DNA of 64,000 bases from the NCBI GenBank assembly GCA_051294375.1, contig CM119269.1, forward strand, positions 19,877,936 through 19,941,935. The letters run 5' to 3'. Source of the stretch: Paraspadella gotoi. Its lineage: Eukaryota > Animalia > Chaetognatha. Made by a program: the position numbers and the translations under genes. The notes beneath the pieces are model-generated. The model did no database searches. It saw only the letters and a list, made by a program, of their open reading frames with translations, and had not been told where the DNA came from. Below are positions 1-13,746 of this stretch, piece after piece. Each line of letters starts with the position of its first letter. The stretch's first letter is position 1.

Positions 1-254
1 ATAAAAGTCGTTGTTGCACAAAGAAATTATTTTTCTCTCTAAATCTTATCACACAACAAAAGAAAGAAATAACACAGTGTCTACAAACTTTTTTAAAAAT
101 TCACCCTCATTAGCGAAATTGTAATATAAGATTAAGTTTTTAAAATTTATTTTCTTTATGCTACTAAATCTAAATAAACAGATTTGATAAGTAGAGAAAC
201 GTACCTATTTTTAGCTACACGGAGAGCAATACCTAATAAGTTAGCTTGTTGCTT

Positions 255-287
<33 letters not shown>

Positions 288-1714
288 TCGTCGAACCCCG
301 CTTTTAATTTCAACTCGAACAAATTCTTCCTTTTTTTTGTTGTTAAATTAAAAACTTGAAATTCTAAACGACTCGAATCTCCCCCCCCCTCGTCATGAAC
401 TCCACTTTTGTTAGGCGAAAATAAATCGCAACTTAAAATTTTCAGATTTCGAACATAACTTACCTTTTGTTTCGCTTTGATTTATCCCAAATTTAATTCC
501 TACTAATTTATTTCTGATCTGCGAGTTGTTGGAAAAATTAACAATGAAAACAAAATGAAAAACACAAAGATCTTTGTATTCGTTGCACGATTTTTCGATT
601 TTGATTATATTTTTAAAAAAAATCGTGTGGCGATTCGATTTTTACCGAGTATACGTAGACATTTTTTTTAATTCTTCTTCACTTCGCCGACAGCGGTTGC
701 CGGTTTTTGTTTTTGTTTTGTTCTTTTTTGTTTTTTTTTAATATTCAAAGTACTTCACATTTCTAACAGGAATTTATGTATTAGGTTGTACTAGATAAAG
801 ATTATAAGAGATAAGAGAGAGATATATGAGTTTCCGCGCCATCGAAGTAAGGTCAAGAGAACGACGGCAATAGTCGATGCCAAAAGGTAAGTTTGAGTTA
901 AGACACAAAGAGCGAAAAAAAAAGAGGTGAGTTATTCGAAAGGAAAAGAGGGCGAGGATCGAAGGGAGAAAAACAGGTTTTAGGAGACGACGCTGATGAC
1001 GACGACGACGACGACGACGACGACGATGCAGATTGCGCCGAAGAGAATCGAGAAAAAAAATGATGACGAATCGACCCATTTTAGGTGGAGGAGGATGAGG
1101 AGGATGAAGAGGGAGTAAAAGAGGAGGAGGAAGAGGAGAGACAGGAGGAGGAGAAAAGAGAGAAATCTATGAAACATTAGGTTTTTTTTTATTCTAAATC
1201 GCTAAAGAAGACAGCGAGAATAATTGGGAAACAAAAAAACAAAACAAAAAAACAAAACAAAAAAACACAATGAGATAAAAACAAGTAGAAATATTATTAA
1301 GCGATGATAAGGGGAAATAATGAAGAAGTAAGCTAAGCCCTGTTGGAAAGAAGTCAAAAAAGAAAGTACAGTTCGATATTTAGATAGAAAGAGAGAGAAA
1401 AAAACTGAGAGAAAGAGATAGATAGAGAGAGAGAGGGAAAGAGAAAGAGAGGGTTAAATCGAGGGTGTAACTTTTAGGGATTTTATTATCAATGCAAAAA
1501 AGACTCATTTAAAATCTCAAATAACCAACAAAGTTACAAATTTTTTTTGCTTTATTCTTTTTGAATATTTCAGCACTTAAGGTTATCTTTTTATCTACTA
1601 TTTTATTTCTTGGTTTGTCTCCCCATTTCTTTATCTCCACAACCTCGAATTCCCAACGCAACAATAGAGTTTTCTCCCCACCTCATCTCAGCGTCATTCC
1701 ATTGAGAATGGTGA

Positions 1715-1747
<33 letters not shown>

Positions 1748-1887
1748 TTGTCTTCCCCGGGGGCGTGACATCAACGAAGATTCTTTTGGGGAGAGGAAGG
1801 TCGTCGGGTGGATCTTGGTCGGTGAAGATATTCGAACAATTGGGTGAGAGAGAGAAAGAGAGTTGGGGGGCCGAGGAAGTGTGATAA

Positions 1888-1962
1888 GGGAGAGAGAGTA
1901 AACGAGAGAGAGGAGAGGGAGAGAGGAGTAGAGAAGAAAGGGAGAGAGAGAGAGAGAGGGAG

Positions 1963-1994
<32 letters not shown>

Positions 1995-2240
1995 GGAGAG
2001 AGAGAGGGAGAGAGAGAGAGAGAGAGAAGAGAGAGAAGAGAGAGAAGAGAGAGAGAGAGGGAGGAGAGAGAGAAAAGAGAGGAAGAGAGAGAGAGAGAGA
2101 GAGAAAGAGAGGAGAGAGAGAGACAGGGAGAGAGAGAGAGAGGGGGAGAGAGGAGAGGGGAAAGAGAGAGAGAGAGAGAAGAGAGGAGAGAGAGAGAGAG
2201 AGACAGGGAGACGAGAGAGAGAGAGGAAGCCGTCGAGAGA

Positions 2241-2271
<31 letters not shown>

Positions 2272-2285
2272 GAGAGAGAGAGATA
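1888..2285. repeat. Long imperfect (AG)n microsatellite
   Basis: Purine-only GA tract; it generates the spurious RERE/SLSL ORFs. Confidence 0.95.
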
Positions 2286-3006
2286 ACGAAATTCGGATTT
2301 CATCGCTATTCGTCGGATTTGTTAAGGAGGCGAGGGTAAGGGGACTGAGGGTAAGGAGGCGAGGATAAGGGGAGTGAGAGGATGTAGATTTGAGAAGGCG
2401 TTTGAATGAGAGCGATAATTTGACTACTCGTTTCGTCGGTGAGAGAAAAAGAAGTCGGTTTCTCACTATTTTATTTAAAAAACTAATTAATTTATATTTT
2501 TTTTCATTTCTTACATTAGATCGCAAAAAAACTTTTCCGAGTTTGTTTTCGCACAAAAGTTCAAGTCCAGCTGTCCACTTGTAAAATTAACAATAGCAAG
2601 AAACTGTTATTATCAAAAAAAGACTTACCAGTAGAATTAAAGCATGCGTCAGAAAATCCGAAATTAACCGACCCGTTTAAGAGTTTGATTCATCACTGGA
2701 AATGCTAAACCGGTCCACTTGAATTTAGTAAAAGAAAGAGGAACCCAAAAGATTTTGGAATGACACCGCCCACGGCGAGTTCGATGTACGGAGAAGAAAG
2801 AGAGTCGTCGTAGATTTTATCAAATCCCTGCATCAGTCTGGTCTAAAACCAATGTCTATTTCCACTGTTTGCAGTTGTCAATATCAAACATTGTTTTCTT
2901 AACATGAGCCTACAAACATATTATCGCAGAATATAAAATTTTAAAAATGGTTACTACGTTAAAACTAAGTTTTTTTTTCGGGAAAGGTTTACAATAACAT
3001 ATAACA

Positions 3007-3152
3007 TTGAAAGCTTGCAGGGACCTGCTATGTCATTATCTTGTAAGAGTGATGGAGGCCTTAAACCACCAAAGCCTGTCCAAAGTCAGGGGCAAGATAG
3101 CTTATTTATTAAATGAATGGATAATTTTTATATTGGTTGTACCAATTTCATA
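3007..3152 (+). repeat. Isolated partial copy of the ~330-bp satellite unit
   Basis: ttgaaagcttgcag...ggaggccttaaaccaccaaagcctgtccaaagtcagg...tattggttgtaccaatttcata matches the units at 4540-6045. Confidence 0.9.
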
Positions 3153-3724
3153 TATATACATATATTTTTCGTTTCTTTTCTCCGAAATCTCTTTTCCCCA
3201 TTTTGTTTCAAAAAAATGTTTTGCCGAATTCTGTTGGTATCGAAAAACCCGAACTTCTCATCCCATTTCCGAGTCATTTAATTCATTAACTTTTTTTCTC
3301 TTTCGTCTTTTATCTTTTTCTCTTCATTTTTCTTTCTTTTTTTTTTCTTTCTGTTTCGTTTTTCTTTCTTTTCCTCGTCTCGACTCAGTGATTTTCAATG
3401 GAACGAAATTCGGTGACGAAACTCAAACCAAAATAATGAGAAGGACGATACGATGACGACGACGATGACGACGACGATGAGCGACGACGACCTCCAAAGC
3501 ACCAAAAGCGACCGCAGGAACGACGACTGAAAAAAAAAATTAAAGGGTTTTCGTAATCATATGAAATTGGTACAACCAATATAATAATATATATGTACAC
3601 CATACTGACTTAATTATCTTATCCATTTTGTTGACTTTCTTCCTTTATTTTTTTCACGAGTAATTTCTTTTGTAAGCCTACTCATTTTCTCTGTCTCTGT
3701 CTCTCTCTCTCTCTTCTCTCTTTT

Positions 3725-3761
<37 letters not shown>

Positions 3762-4537
3762 TTTCTTTCTTCTTTCTTTCTTTCTTTCTCTCTCTCTCTC
3801 TCTTCTCTCTCTCTTTCTTGCCAAAAAAATCGATGCAAATTTTTGCCCTGATGAGATCAAAATTCGATATATCGACGAGGCTAAATAAAATCTAGAGCCG
3901 TCGTCGTCGTCATCGTCGTCGTGTTCGCATCGTATAGTATTTTCGTAGGGGTCCGTCGTCAACGCCATCTTTGTCCTCAAAATACCAATCACCAACTCCT
4001 ACTACTTCATTTTTTTTTTTCCGCCAAAAAGCTTCCTTAACCCTCTTACTGTTTCTGCAAGGACTTGGCTTCATTGGGAAAACCATTCGACTTAATTCTC
4101 GACGCGAAATAACCTAGAAGCGTTTCTACACGGGCCGGTTAACCAAGAATGTCATACTCAAAATTAGAAATTTATCGATAGTTTTCAGTATCTGTTTTTG
4201 GATTGAATTCTAAATTGGGAATGACAGTCGTAATTGACAGAAACTGTTGGTGCAACCAAAAAACTATAAAACCTGCTTTAGCCTCACGTCCGCGCGAGAA
4301 ATAAAAGCCGCGATTTAGGTATTGAAAAAGTTGAAACGATTGCAAAAAATTTTAAATCCGAAAACGTGGTAATTAGTAATCCAAAAGGATTGCGATGACT
4401 CTCTTTTCCCAGAGTGCCCCTTTTATTCGTTACACTTGGGCTACACTCTGTAAGTCACTTTTTGATCGTTCACTGATCAGTTCTCTGCTTATGTTTTAAA
4501 GTACTTATATCTTGAGTAATAGAGTTAGTTATTAACA

Positions 4538-6045
4538 CTGGGCAGTGAATAAATAAGACTGCTGAGAGATTTCTTGATTGAAAAGCTTGCAGAAACCTGC
4601 CTATTTATTAATCTTGTAAAGTGTTGATGGAGGCCTTAAACCACCAAAGCCTGTCCAAAGTCAGGGACAAGATAGCTTATTTATTAAATGAATGGATAAT
4701 TTTATATTGAGTTGTTACCAAATTTTATCATAAAATCAGCTCCTTGTATTTTGATGCTAGTGCGGAGTACAATATAGTTATTCCTCCGATCTAATACTTA
4801 AGGGAGTGGTCTTTTCATACAATTGAAACATTCTTTTGAAATATTATACCACTTTCATTGATAGGGAAGCCAGTTCACTGGGAGTTGAATAAATAAGACT
4901 GTGAGAGAGTCTTGATTGAAAGCTTGCCAGAAACCTGCTATGTTATTATCTGTTAAGTGTGAATGGAGGCCTTAAACACCAAAAGCCTGTCCAAAGTCAG
5001 GGACAAGATATTGCTTATTTATTAAATGAATGGAATTTTATATGTTGGTATGTACCAATTTCATAAAATTCAGCTCCTTGTATTTTGATGTAGTGCGGAG
5101 TACAAATTATAGTATTCCCCGACTAATACTTAAGGAGTGGTCTTTTCATACAATTGAAACATTCTTTGAAATATTATTACCACTTCATTTGATAGGGAAG
5201 CCAGGTTCACCTGGGAGTGAATAAATAAGACTGGAGAGAGTCTTGATTGAAAGCTTGCAGAAACCTGCTATGTTATTTATCTTGTAAGTGTGATGGAGGC
5301 CTTAAACCACCAAAGCCCTGTCCAAAGTCAGGGACAAGATAGCTTATTTATTAAATGAATGGATAATTTTTATATTGGTTGTACCAATATTCATAAAATT
5401 CAGCTCCTTGTATTTTGATGCTAGTGCGGAGTACAATATAGTATTCCCCGATCTAATACTTAAGGGAGTGGTCTTTTCATACAATTGAAACATTCTTGAA
5501 ATATTATACCACTTCATTGATAGGGAAGCCAGGTTCACTGGGAGTGAATAAATAAGACTGTGAGAGAGTCTTGATTGAAAGCTTGCAGAAACCTGCTATG
5601 TTATTATCTTGTAAGTGTTATGGAGGCCTTAAACCACCAAAGCCTGTCCAAAGTCAGGGACAAAGATAGCTTATTTATTAAATGAATGGATAATTTTTTA
5701 TATTGGTTGTACCATTTCATAAAAATTCAGCTCCTTGTATTTGATGCTGTGCGGAGATACAATATAGTATTCCGATCTAATACTTAAGGAGTGGTCTTTT
5801 CAATACAATTGAACATTCTTTGAAATATTATACCACTTCATTTGATAGGGAAGCCAGGTTCACTGGGAGTGAATAAATAAGACTGTGAGAGAGTCTTGAT
5901 TGAAAGCTTGCAAAACCCTGCTATGTTATTATCTTGTAAGTGTGATGGAGGCCTTAAACCACCCAAACCTGTCCAAAGTCAGGACAATATAGCTTATTTA
6001 TTAAATGAATGGATAATTTTTATATTGGTTGTACCCAATTTCATG
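4538..6045 (+). repeat. Tandem satellite, ~330-bp unit, ~4.5 copies
   Basis: The anchor gtgaataaataagactg recurs at ~4545, ~4885, ~5216, ~5544 and ~5869. Copies differ mostly by 1-nt indels. Confidence 0.95.
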
Positions 6046-6502
6046 AATATTGTAAATTGGTCACATAATCAGAAAGCCAATGCGGCCAAGAAAGAAAAAA
6101 AATTATGCATAAGCTACCTTTTTGTGTATATGATTATCATACATTGCTTTTACTGTCTCTGTTTACCTTACTTTTTATATCTTTATTACGTTAAAGTAAA
6201 ATAAAACCGTTATTCAAACATAAAAACTATTTTATTGCAAAATTCAACAATCAAACATACTTAAACTACAAAATATATACAAAATAAACTGAAAGAAAAG
6301 CATAATTAATACAATCGACTCGAAACCAAACAAATTTCTTTAAAATTTTCCACTCCGAAAAACAAACAGTTTAAATACGTTGGGTTCGATTGTCTCTCGT
6401 TCAATTTCTCTCTCCAACCTTCTTCCCAAGCCATAGCTCGGTCGGTCTCCTCCAAAATCACACGATCTTCACGTCGCTCTCCCCTTCATCAGCCCGTCCT
6501 CG

Positions 6503-8848
6503 TTAGACCTTGAGATTGTCGGGCTGCCCGTCGTCGGCTCCTTCGTTGACCGAGTCGTCGATCATGCGGAGTTCTTCCTCTTCCAATTCGAGGATCTTCG
6601 ACTTTAAATATCCTTCTTGGAGTTCAGGAAACGGCGACCCTTTCGGTTTCTCCTTCTCCTCTTCTTTTTCATCTTCCTCCTCCTTTTCCTCCTCCTCCTC
6701 CTCCTCATTTCCCTTCTCCACATCCTCTCCCTTTCCAATCATTTTCCTCCTCAGGACAAACACGGCGGCGACGAAGAGGAAGACGACGGATATGGCGCCG
6801 ATGGCGCCGGCGATGACGGCGTCGTCGTCGTTCTCCACGACTTCCCGTTCGCCGGTGAAGATGATCCTTTTGATGACGAAGTCGTTGTAGAGAATGTCGA
6901 CGGAGACGACCCCACGGGCGCGAACTAATACGACGACGGGGCTGCCTTCCCCACCGAGGACGCTGCTTTCCACGGCGCAGTGAATCTCGCTCGCCCTCAC
7001 GTCGACTAGTTGAGGGAGGGGCATCGGATTTCCCACGAGAACGAGCTCGTAGTTGACGAAGGTTCCTTCCGCGTATTTCCTGACCGAATCCACCTGAGGG
7101 ATTTTTATTCAGAACAAAAACGGTTGAGTGGTGAGATTCACCAAAGGTGAATGGTCATTAAGGCGTAATGAAAGTTACATACGAAAATTCTAAAAGTCAA
7201 TTATGAACAAAATACCATCAGTGAATATTAATTTGTAAAAAAAAATAATTTTATGTTTTTTAATTTTCGCAGTAGGCTATATTTATATATAGTACTAACC
7301 TTATAAAATCGAAAAATTTCAAAATAGGCTTTTCTTAATTTTGATTGCAGATTTGAATTCCTCATAAAAAGTTGATGAAAGAAAATATAAATCATTTTTA
7401 AAAATTCTTTCATTAAGTGGGTTAAAAATTAAAAAAACTATATTTAATATATAAAAAGTTAATTTTCAGCTGAAAATATAGCTTTTTCTAATTTTTGACC
7501 CACTTAATGCAGGAATTTTTCAAAAAGATTTATATTTCTTTTTATCAACTTTTTATGACGAATCCAAATCAGCAAAAATTTCTTAGAAAAAACTGTTTTG
7601 AAATTTTAACATTTATTAGTTTAGTACTAGTATAAATATGGCCTACTGCGTAAATTGTAAAATTTATTCTAAATTTTTTTATTACATAAATGTTCATAAG
7701 TATAATGTTGTTCGTTCCTCACTTTTAGAATTTTAATTAAAGTTAAATTTAGAAATTTTACTACGCCTTAATGGTCATCGTGAAAGGTCATCGTCGTGGG
7801 TTCGTCTTCTTCGACTTTTGAGAAATTACATTCGCGTAATAAATTAGAAATTGAAATTGAAATAGTCCAATATTTTCTCTTCAATTCAATTCCGCCCTTA
7901 AAATTCCTTTTCGACATTGCCGGCGATCGTAGTCTTCAAGTCGACTTTCCCCTTTCTCACCTTGACATCAAAGCCGACGTCCAACTTCCCCAAGACGCAC
8001 GACGGCCTCGTAAATTCATCGAAGGCGTCGCCAGCCAAGAAGCAGGAGATCGTCCGCCCGTGGAGATCCTCGTAAAAATCCTCCGATAGTATCGACGCCA
8101 CGAAGGAAGCGTTTCCGGGAATCTTGCCGGCAGCACCAAAAACGGCGTCGGAAACGCCCTCTTCCGACGTCAAGTTTCGCTTGACGTTATCGTAGGTTCC
8201 GACGACCCACTGTATCGAGGGTTCCCCCGCTGGGCCGGCGACGACGACTCCGCAGGACGGGCGCCAGCTGCTGTTGGTCGGAATGACGCCGGTAGGGACC
8301 TTGTCACAATGGAGGGAAGAGTCGACGACTCCGACCGGAAGTGTCGTCGTTTTCACGTTGAAGCATCGGTAGATGCCGGCGTCGATCAAGGAGGCGAAGC
8401 GGAGGCGGTAGCGGAACCCGGAGTCGGTGGAGTTGACGCGCCACTTTGAGAGGTCGGTCTCGGGCCGCGGGTCGGGGCCGGTGAAGAGGGTTACCCAGTA
8501 TCTGCGAGTGGGGAGGGGGGCGTGGAGTTGGAAGAGGTGGCAGGGAAGAGGACCAAAAATGAGAAGAAAAGGAGGAATAAAAAAAGTTAGGGTTATGTGA
8601 TAAGAAAAATATTTCTAAATTTTGCTTTAAAAAAAAAGCAAAATTAAAAGTTACTATTATAAAATTATATAGACTTACCCATTATCGAGCTTTTCAAACA
8701 TTGGTTTGTACAAGACACCGTCCATTGTTTGCGAGTCGCATTCGAAGTCGACGATAGAGCCGCTCAAGACGGTGTCAGCATCAACGTAACAGATTGAACA
8801 AACAAAAGACGCAACGATAATCGTCCAGAATATCTTGAGGAAAGCCAT
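6503..8848 (-). CDS. Immunoglobulin-superfamily type-I membrane protein, ~433 aa
   Basis: Exons 8848-8679, 8501-7961 and 7093-6503 are GT-AG bounded, phase-consistent and total 1302 nt. Signal peptide MAFLKIFWTIIVASFVCSICYVDA; Ig motifs FEC...YW...DAGIYRC and GNPMP; TM AVIAGAIGAISVVFLFVAAVFVL followed by RRK; Glu-rich tail. The ATG directly follows an acceptor and a 5'UTR exon donor lies at ~9234. Confidence 0.85.
7162..7767. mobile_element. Fold-back MITE with TTAA target duplication (Kolobok-like), inside an Ig-gene intron
   Basis: ttaa|GGCGTA...TACGCC|ttaa ends. The two halves are imperfect reverse complements about ~7457 (cattaagtgggt / acccacttaatg; cgcagtaggc / gcctactgcg). Confidence 0.75.
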
Positions 8849-9616
8849 CTGGAAATGACATTACAAACGGAATGAATAATAGGAGCCATTTATAAAATTT
8901 GAAATTTAGGTCCGTAATTTATAGGTACTTCTTCCGTAAATAATATTTAAAGATATTAATATTTCATACAGTTTACTTAGTCCCGTTTGACGCATTGAGC
9001 ATGTAAGTTTTTAAAAGTCTTATGATGAAAGTCAAATAATCAGCGGTAAAAAAAAAGTTTTTCTCTTTATAGATAAATGCCTTTTAAAATATTTTACAGC
9101 AATGCGCCAATGTCCATAAAGCATAAACGGAAAACGCAAAAAAGTAGGGAAATGCTTTTGACCTTGTTTACAAATTACAGACAGTCGGTTTTAAGAATCG
9201 TAGGAAGTAACTTGCGTGTATTAAAAATACTTACCTTTTGGACAATGAGATACGAAACGATATATTGCGATGAGAAAACAAAATTTTTATTTTACGAGTT
9301 TGCCTTCAAAATAGAGGTGAGGATATGCGCGTCGAATGAAAAAGAAATTTTGAGATCGAAGCGAAAAATCGTCGATCAACAGAAAAAATGCGGCTTCTTG
9401 GACGCTGCAGCAATTTCGACGCCACGGGACGACGGTCTCTTCATTTTACTTTTGATGCCCGATGGACATTCGATGCGGCTGCATCGGCGAGGCCTGCGGC
9501 AGAGGGGACAGCAGCCGCTGCATTTTAGGGGGGTTAGAATGGATCGGCCGGGGCCGCTGCGAATGCTGAGTAAGTACTGGTCTATGGTGAGGATTCAGTT
9601 TCGTGGGGCGATAAAC

Positions 9617-9906
<290 letters not shown>

Positions 9907-10048
9907 CAAATCTGTCTTCCTCTTTCTCGTATTTCGCTGTTCCTCAATTGTAATTTCCTGATCTTGTCGAAGCCCTGACTGTTGTCTCCGTTTATCTTCT
10001 AAACTTGTCTTATTCAAGTGGATTTATGCTTCCTTATAGACTATTATA

Positions 10049-10400
10049 CAGTAGGAACATGATAAATCTTTTCTCTTCATTCATAATAATTTTTTTGATG
10101 TTGATTGTACATCTTTTATAGCATACACTTTATTTTCTTTATATATAAACGCATGAGAGAATAAAGATGGACAGGTTTTTTTTTATTGGAGAAATCTACT
10201 ATCTTGGAAAAAAGTATATAACATAATTCATTTATTCAATAAAAAGTATACAAAATATGGGTAAAACATTCTTAATATTTTGTATGCCCTTTCTCGGCAT
10301 CCACTACTGCCTGTATTTGTCTGGGCATGCTTTCATAAATCAAATTGAAGTATGACATTGAAATGTTTTTCTACATCTTTAACATAATTCTTTTCAGACC
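10049..10400 (-). mobile_element. Tc1/mariner transposon relic (transposase C-terminus and one end)
   Basis: The minus strand reads ...ISMSYFNLIYESMPRQIQAVVDAEKGHTKY* (stop at 10272), the Tc1 signature SMPRR..AVI..KGG.TKY. The terminus TA|CAGT is at 10047-10052. Confidence 0.8.
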
Positions 10401-10895
10401 CGATCTAAAAAGTATAATAGCACTTTTGAAACAAAAAAAAAAGTGCAATGCCTTTAGCATTGCCAAATTAAAAAAAAAAACTAACTCTATTTGAAATAAA
10501 AACAAATAACTAAATACTAAAAATGGAGAAAAACTAAATATGATTTTTTTTTGCCTGTAACTTCTAAACGATTTGACCTACAAAAAAATAGAAGGAAGCT
10601 ACTGAAAGAAAATTCAATATAGATCCGGAAACATTCTGATTTTTTTTAAAAATCAAACAAGTTTTCGAATAGATATCCTTTATTAAAAATTTTATATACT
10701 TTTTTCCTAGATAGTAGGGCCGAATTTATTGATATGGAGGTAGCGACAAGAGAGATGGAGAGAAAGAGAGAGAGAGAGTGAGACATTCAAGGAGACTCAA
10801 GGCGGAAACAAGAGGAAGAGGAAGAGGATGAGGAAAAACTAAAAGGAGAAAGTAAAATTATCAACGTTTTATCTAAAGGAGAAAGAACAACTTAG

Positions 10896-10966
<71 letters not shown>

Positions 10967-11025
10967 CTATGGGGCCTTCGAAAAGACGAAGCCGCGCGAC
11001 AGGGTTGGCGTTGGAATCGGGACGA

Positions 11026-11403
11026 CACGTGATTTCTCGTGACGTCACGTGACCTCGCGTGCCTCGACAGCGAAGAGCGCGCGCGCGAGATTCGTCTTCC
11101 TCTTCTCCCGGATGCTGTTCCGTTGCGCGGTTTCCGTATGTAATTGGGCTTAACATACTAGAAGTGAATTTATTTCTCTTGTGTTTCCCCTGTATTTATG
11201 TCTCTCCTCTCTCTCCTCTCCTCTCTCTCTCTCCTCTCCTCTCTCTCTCTCTCTCTCTCTCCTCTCCTCTCTCTCTAAGATTCATTAAGTGTTGTTCCCT
11301 CCGTCTTTCAACGAGCGGGCACATAATGAAAGAAAAGACAGAAAATCACGTGACTCGTTATTAATCCTCATCCCTCTTCCCGGTTCTCTTCCGGTTCACG
11401 TGA
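11026..11403. promoter_or_regulatory. E-box/CRE cluster in a CpG-rich patch
   Basis: CACGTG at 11026, 11046, 11347 and 11397. TGACGTCA (11040-47) overlaps GTCACGTGAC (11044-53). Confidence 0.4.
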
Positions 11404-12025
11404 ACCCATAACAATCTCTCTCTTTCTTTCTCTCTTCTCTCTCTCTCTATATATATTTCTCCCTCGTTTAGCCAGCGTTTTTAACCATTCACAATTTAAA
11501 TCAAGTTTGAATTTAAACCAAAAGAATCGAATTTGTTTTTTCTTCGGCCAAATATGACAACGTTGGTAAATTTTCTTCGGGGTGGCGAATGGCGACCGAA
11601 ATCCTAGAAACAATATTCTTTTCTCCCATATCGATTTGCAAGCCGTTGTTATTAATCGGCACAAATATTATTCTTTCGTATTGATTTTTAATAAAAATGT
11701 TTATTCTACATATAAGTTGAGCTGTATTCATAAAGGTACATCAAATTGGTAGAAAGTATAGTTGAAAATAAGGAACTCTCAATATCAAAGGCAATACCAA
11801 TGCCAATGGACGCTCACATTTCGGTCATAAAGTAATTCGCTTGTAACTCGAAACTAATATTGCAATTTTTAAAAACACTACTTTACAATTATTATGCTGG
11901 AATGGTGGTCGGGGCGGCACGACGAACGATCGTTTTTAGGAAGAATAAAAAGATTTACCATAAATTATTCTCAAATTTTTACACGAGACAGTAATTGGTA
12001 AAACGATATGAAATTGGTACAACCA

Positions 12026-12071
<46 letters not shown>

Positions 12072-13501
12072 ATTTAGTGGAGGATTATTCTTTTTTACAA
12101 TGTAATTCCAACCGTTCGTGTCCATGCCACTGTCTACGCCATGGACGACTGGGTGTGAATTTAAACTAGCGAACGGATTTATTTTCGATCCGCTCCAGTG
12201 CCGAGTGCGGACGGATTAATTTCAGAAAAAAAAAAAGGGAAAAAAATCCGCGTCGAAATCTTATTTATCTTTTTAGGAGAAACAAAATCAAATCGCAAAA
12301 CGAATCAAAACGAAACATCACAAAACAAAATCAGACGCTCGAATTTTGGGGAGGAAAAAAAAATATCAAAAAAAGCTGACGTTCGTTCTACTTGAAAATG
12401 TTGAGCTTTTGGATCCAACTGGTCTTAGCTTTGCCGCATTCATCTCTGTCACGCTGAATTGGGAATTCTGTCGCCTTGAGCTCCGTCGCGATAGGATTCG
12501 AGCTCTGTCACCCAAAGGAACGACGAAACAGTACGAAACTTGAGCATTACTGTATTCAAATGTACTTCAGCTTGACAATCTTGAACATTGAGCATAACTT
12601 TAAGTCGAAGTTCGACTCTTTCAGCTGTGTATTTAGCTAAATTTTTCGTAATCTAACTTTGCCACGTCGTCGCTTCTTGCGTTTTTTAGAGAGCCTCGCT
12701 TCTCGCCCCTTTTTCCCTGCACTCACCCATTAAATCTTCCTCCGTTTGTCACTTTCAATTTGTGACAGTTTCTCCTCTCTCAATCACTGACAATTTTTTC
12801 TATCTTCTCCGGCGGTTTCTAAGTTTTTCTTTTCCAGTTTCCAGTTTCAATCTTTCACCTCTCCTTTTCTCGCCTTCGCCCTCGCCTTTTCTCTTTCTGT
12901 TTTCTTCGTTTTCTCACTGTTTTCTCTTTCTTCCTCAGCGACATTCGTTTCCGCTCTCTTTCTTGAGCCGTCACGCCTTTTTTGACTTTTCTCACCCTTT
13001 CTTCTTCTTCCAGGAGTCACGTCTTATTTTCTTGCTGTCACTATCTCGTTTGCAGTCACGCTCTCTTTATCTCGCTGTCATACGTCTTGCTTCCGTTGTC
13101 ACGCGTCCCCTTCCCGACGACGCGTAGGTTTTAAAATATGGACGAAGCGAAAAAACAATGAGACAACGTCGATAATTTGTCGTCGTCGTCGTCGTCGTCG
13201 TCGTCGTAATCATTTCATAATTCATCATCTCATTGTCGATCTTAAAAATTTAAGAAGCTAATGAAGGCTTCAACTATTATACCCAGGCAGAAAAAAAAAA
13301 AAAAAAACAAAACAAAAAACTGGGCGTTGTACAAAAAAAAATATAAAAAAAACTTTACATCAAGTGAATACGAAATCAATAATCATAACTTATTCCGCGG
13401 TAAAAATTGTTAGGTGTCAGATAACGTTATACGAGGTCAGTAAAATTCAGAAGAGGTCGCTGACCCAAAGACCACAACGGTGTCAAAAACAAAGGAGAAC
13501 G

Positions 13502-13746
13502 TATAGCAACAGCTGCCTGTGATACCCATTGGGTCATCTCACTGTTGGCTTTAGGGGCTACGGACCCCCAGTGGCGCTTTGCCAACGCTGAGAAAAGTCG
13601 TTCGGACTGCGGATGAAACGTAACGCTTGGGTTGGTGCCTTCCCCCACTGAGACAATGTTATTGGCTGAAAGCAGTTGGATGCGAGGCACAACAGTGAGA
13701 TGCCCCATCCCAATGGGCATCTCAGGAAACCCGGCTGTTGCCATAA
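13502..13746. mobile_element. ~250-bp dispersed repeat with hairpin terminus, copy 1
   Basis: Shares gcatctcactgtt...cgctttgccaac...ggactgyggatgraacgtaacgctt with copies at 35025 and 43122. This copy has the ~55-nt terminus at both ends in inverted orientation. Confidence 0.7.

Larger units (their letters stand above)
464..4270 (-). other. Fragmentary spliced gene, possibly a second Ig-like membrane protein; frame cannot be closed
   Basis: Minus-strand GTAAG donors at ~463, ~2514, ~2628 and ~4049 with upstream AG acceptors. Short open exons: IRNKLVGIKFGINQSETK (518-464) and WTAGLELLCENKLGKVFLRSN (~2578-2516, like the Ig C-x-x-N-x-L-G strand). A hydrophobic stretch lies at ~985-1075. Phases do not all join, suggesting indel errors or decay. 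Confidence 0.3.

Noticed and set aside
1683-2556. Long SLSL/RERE ORFs (also at 9077, 40257, 41788, 56102, 57463, 63499)
   Set aside because: They are translations of stop-free microsatellites or purine tracts.
12380-13130. Charged, coding-like minus-strand stretch
   Set aside because: Multiple stops and frameshifts and no recognisable motif; decay cannot be separated from sequence error.
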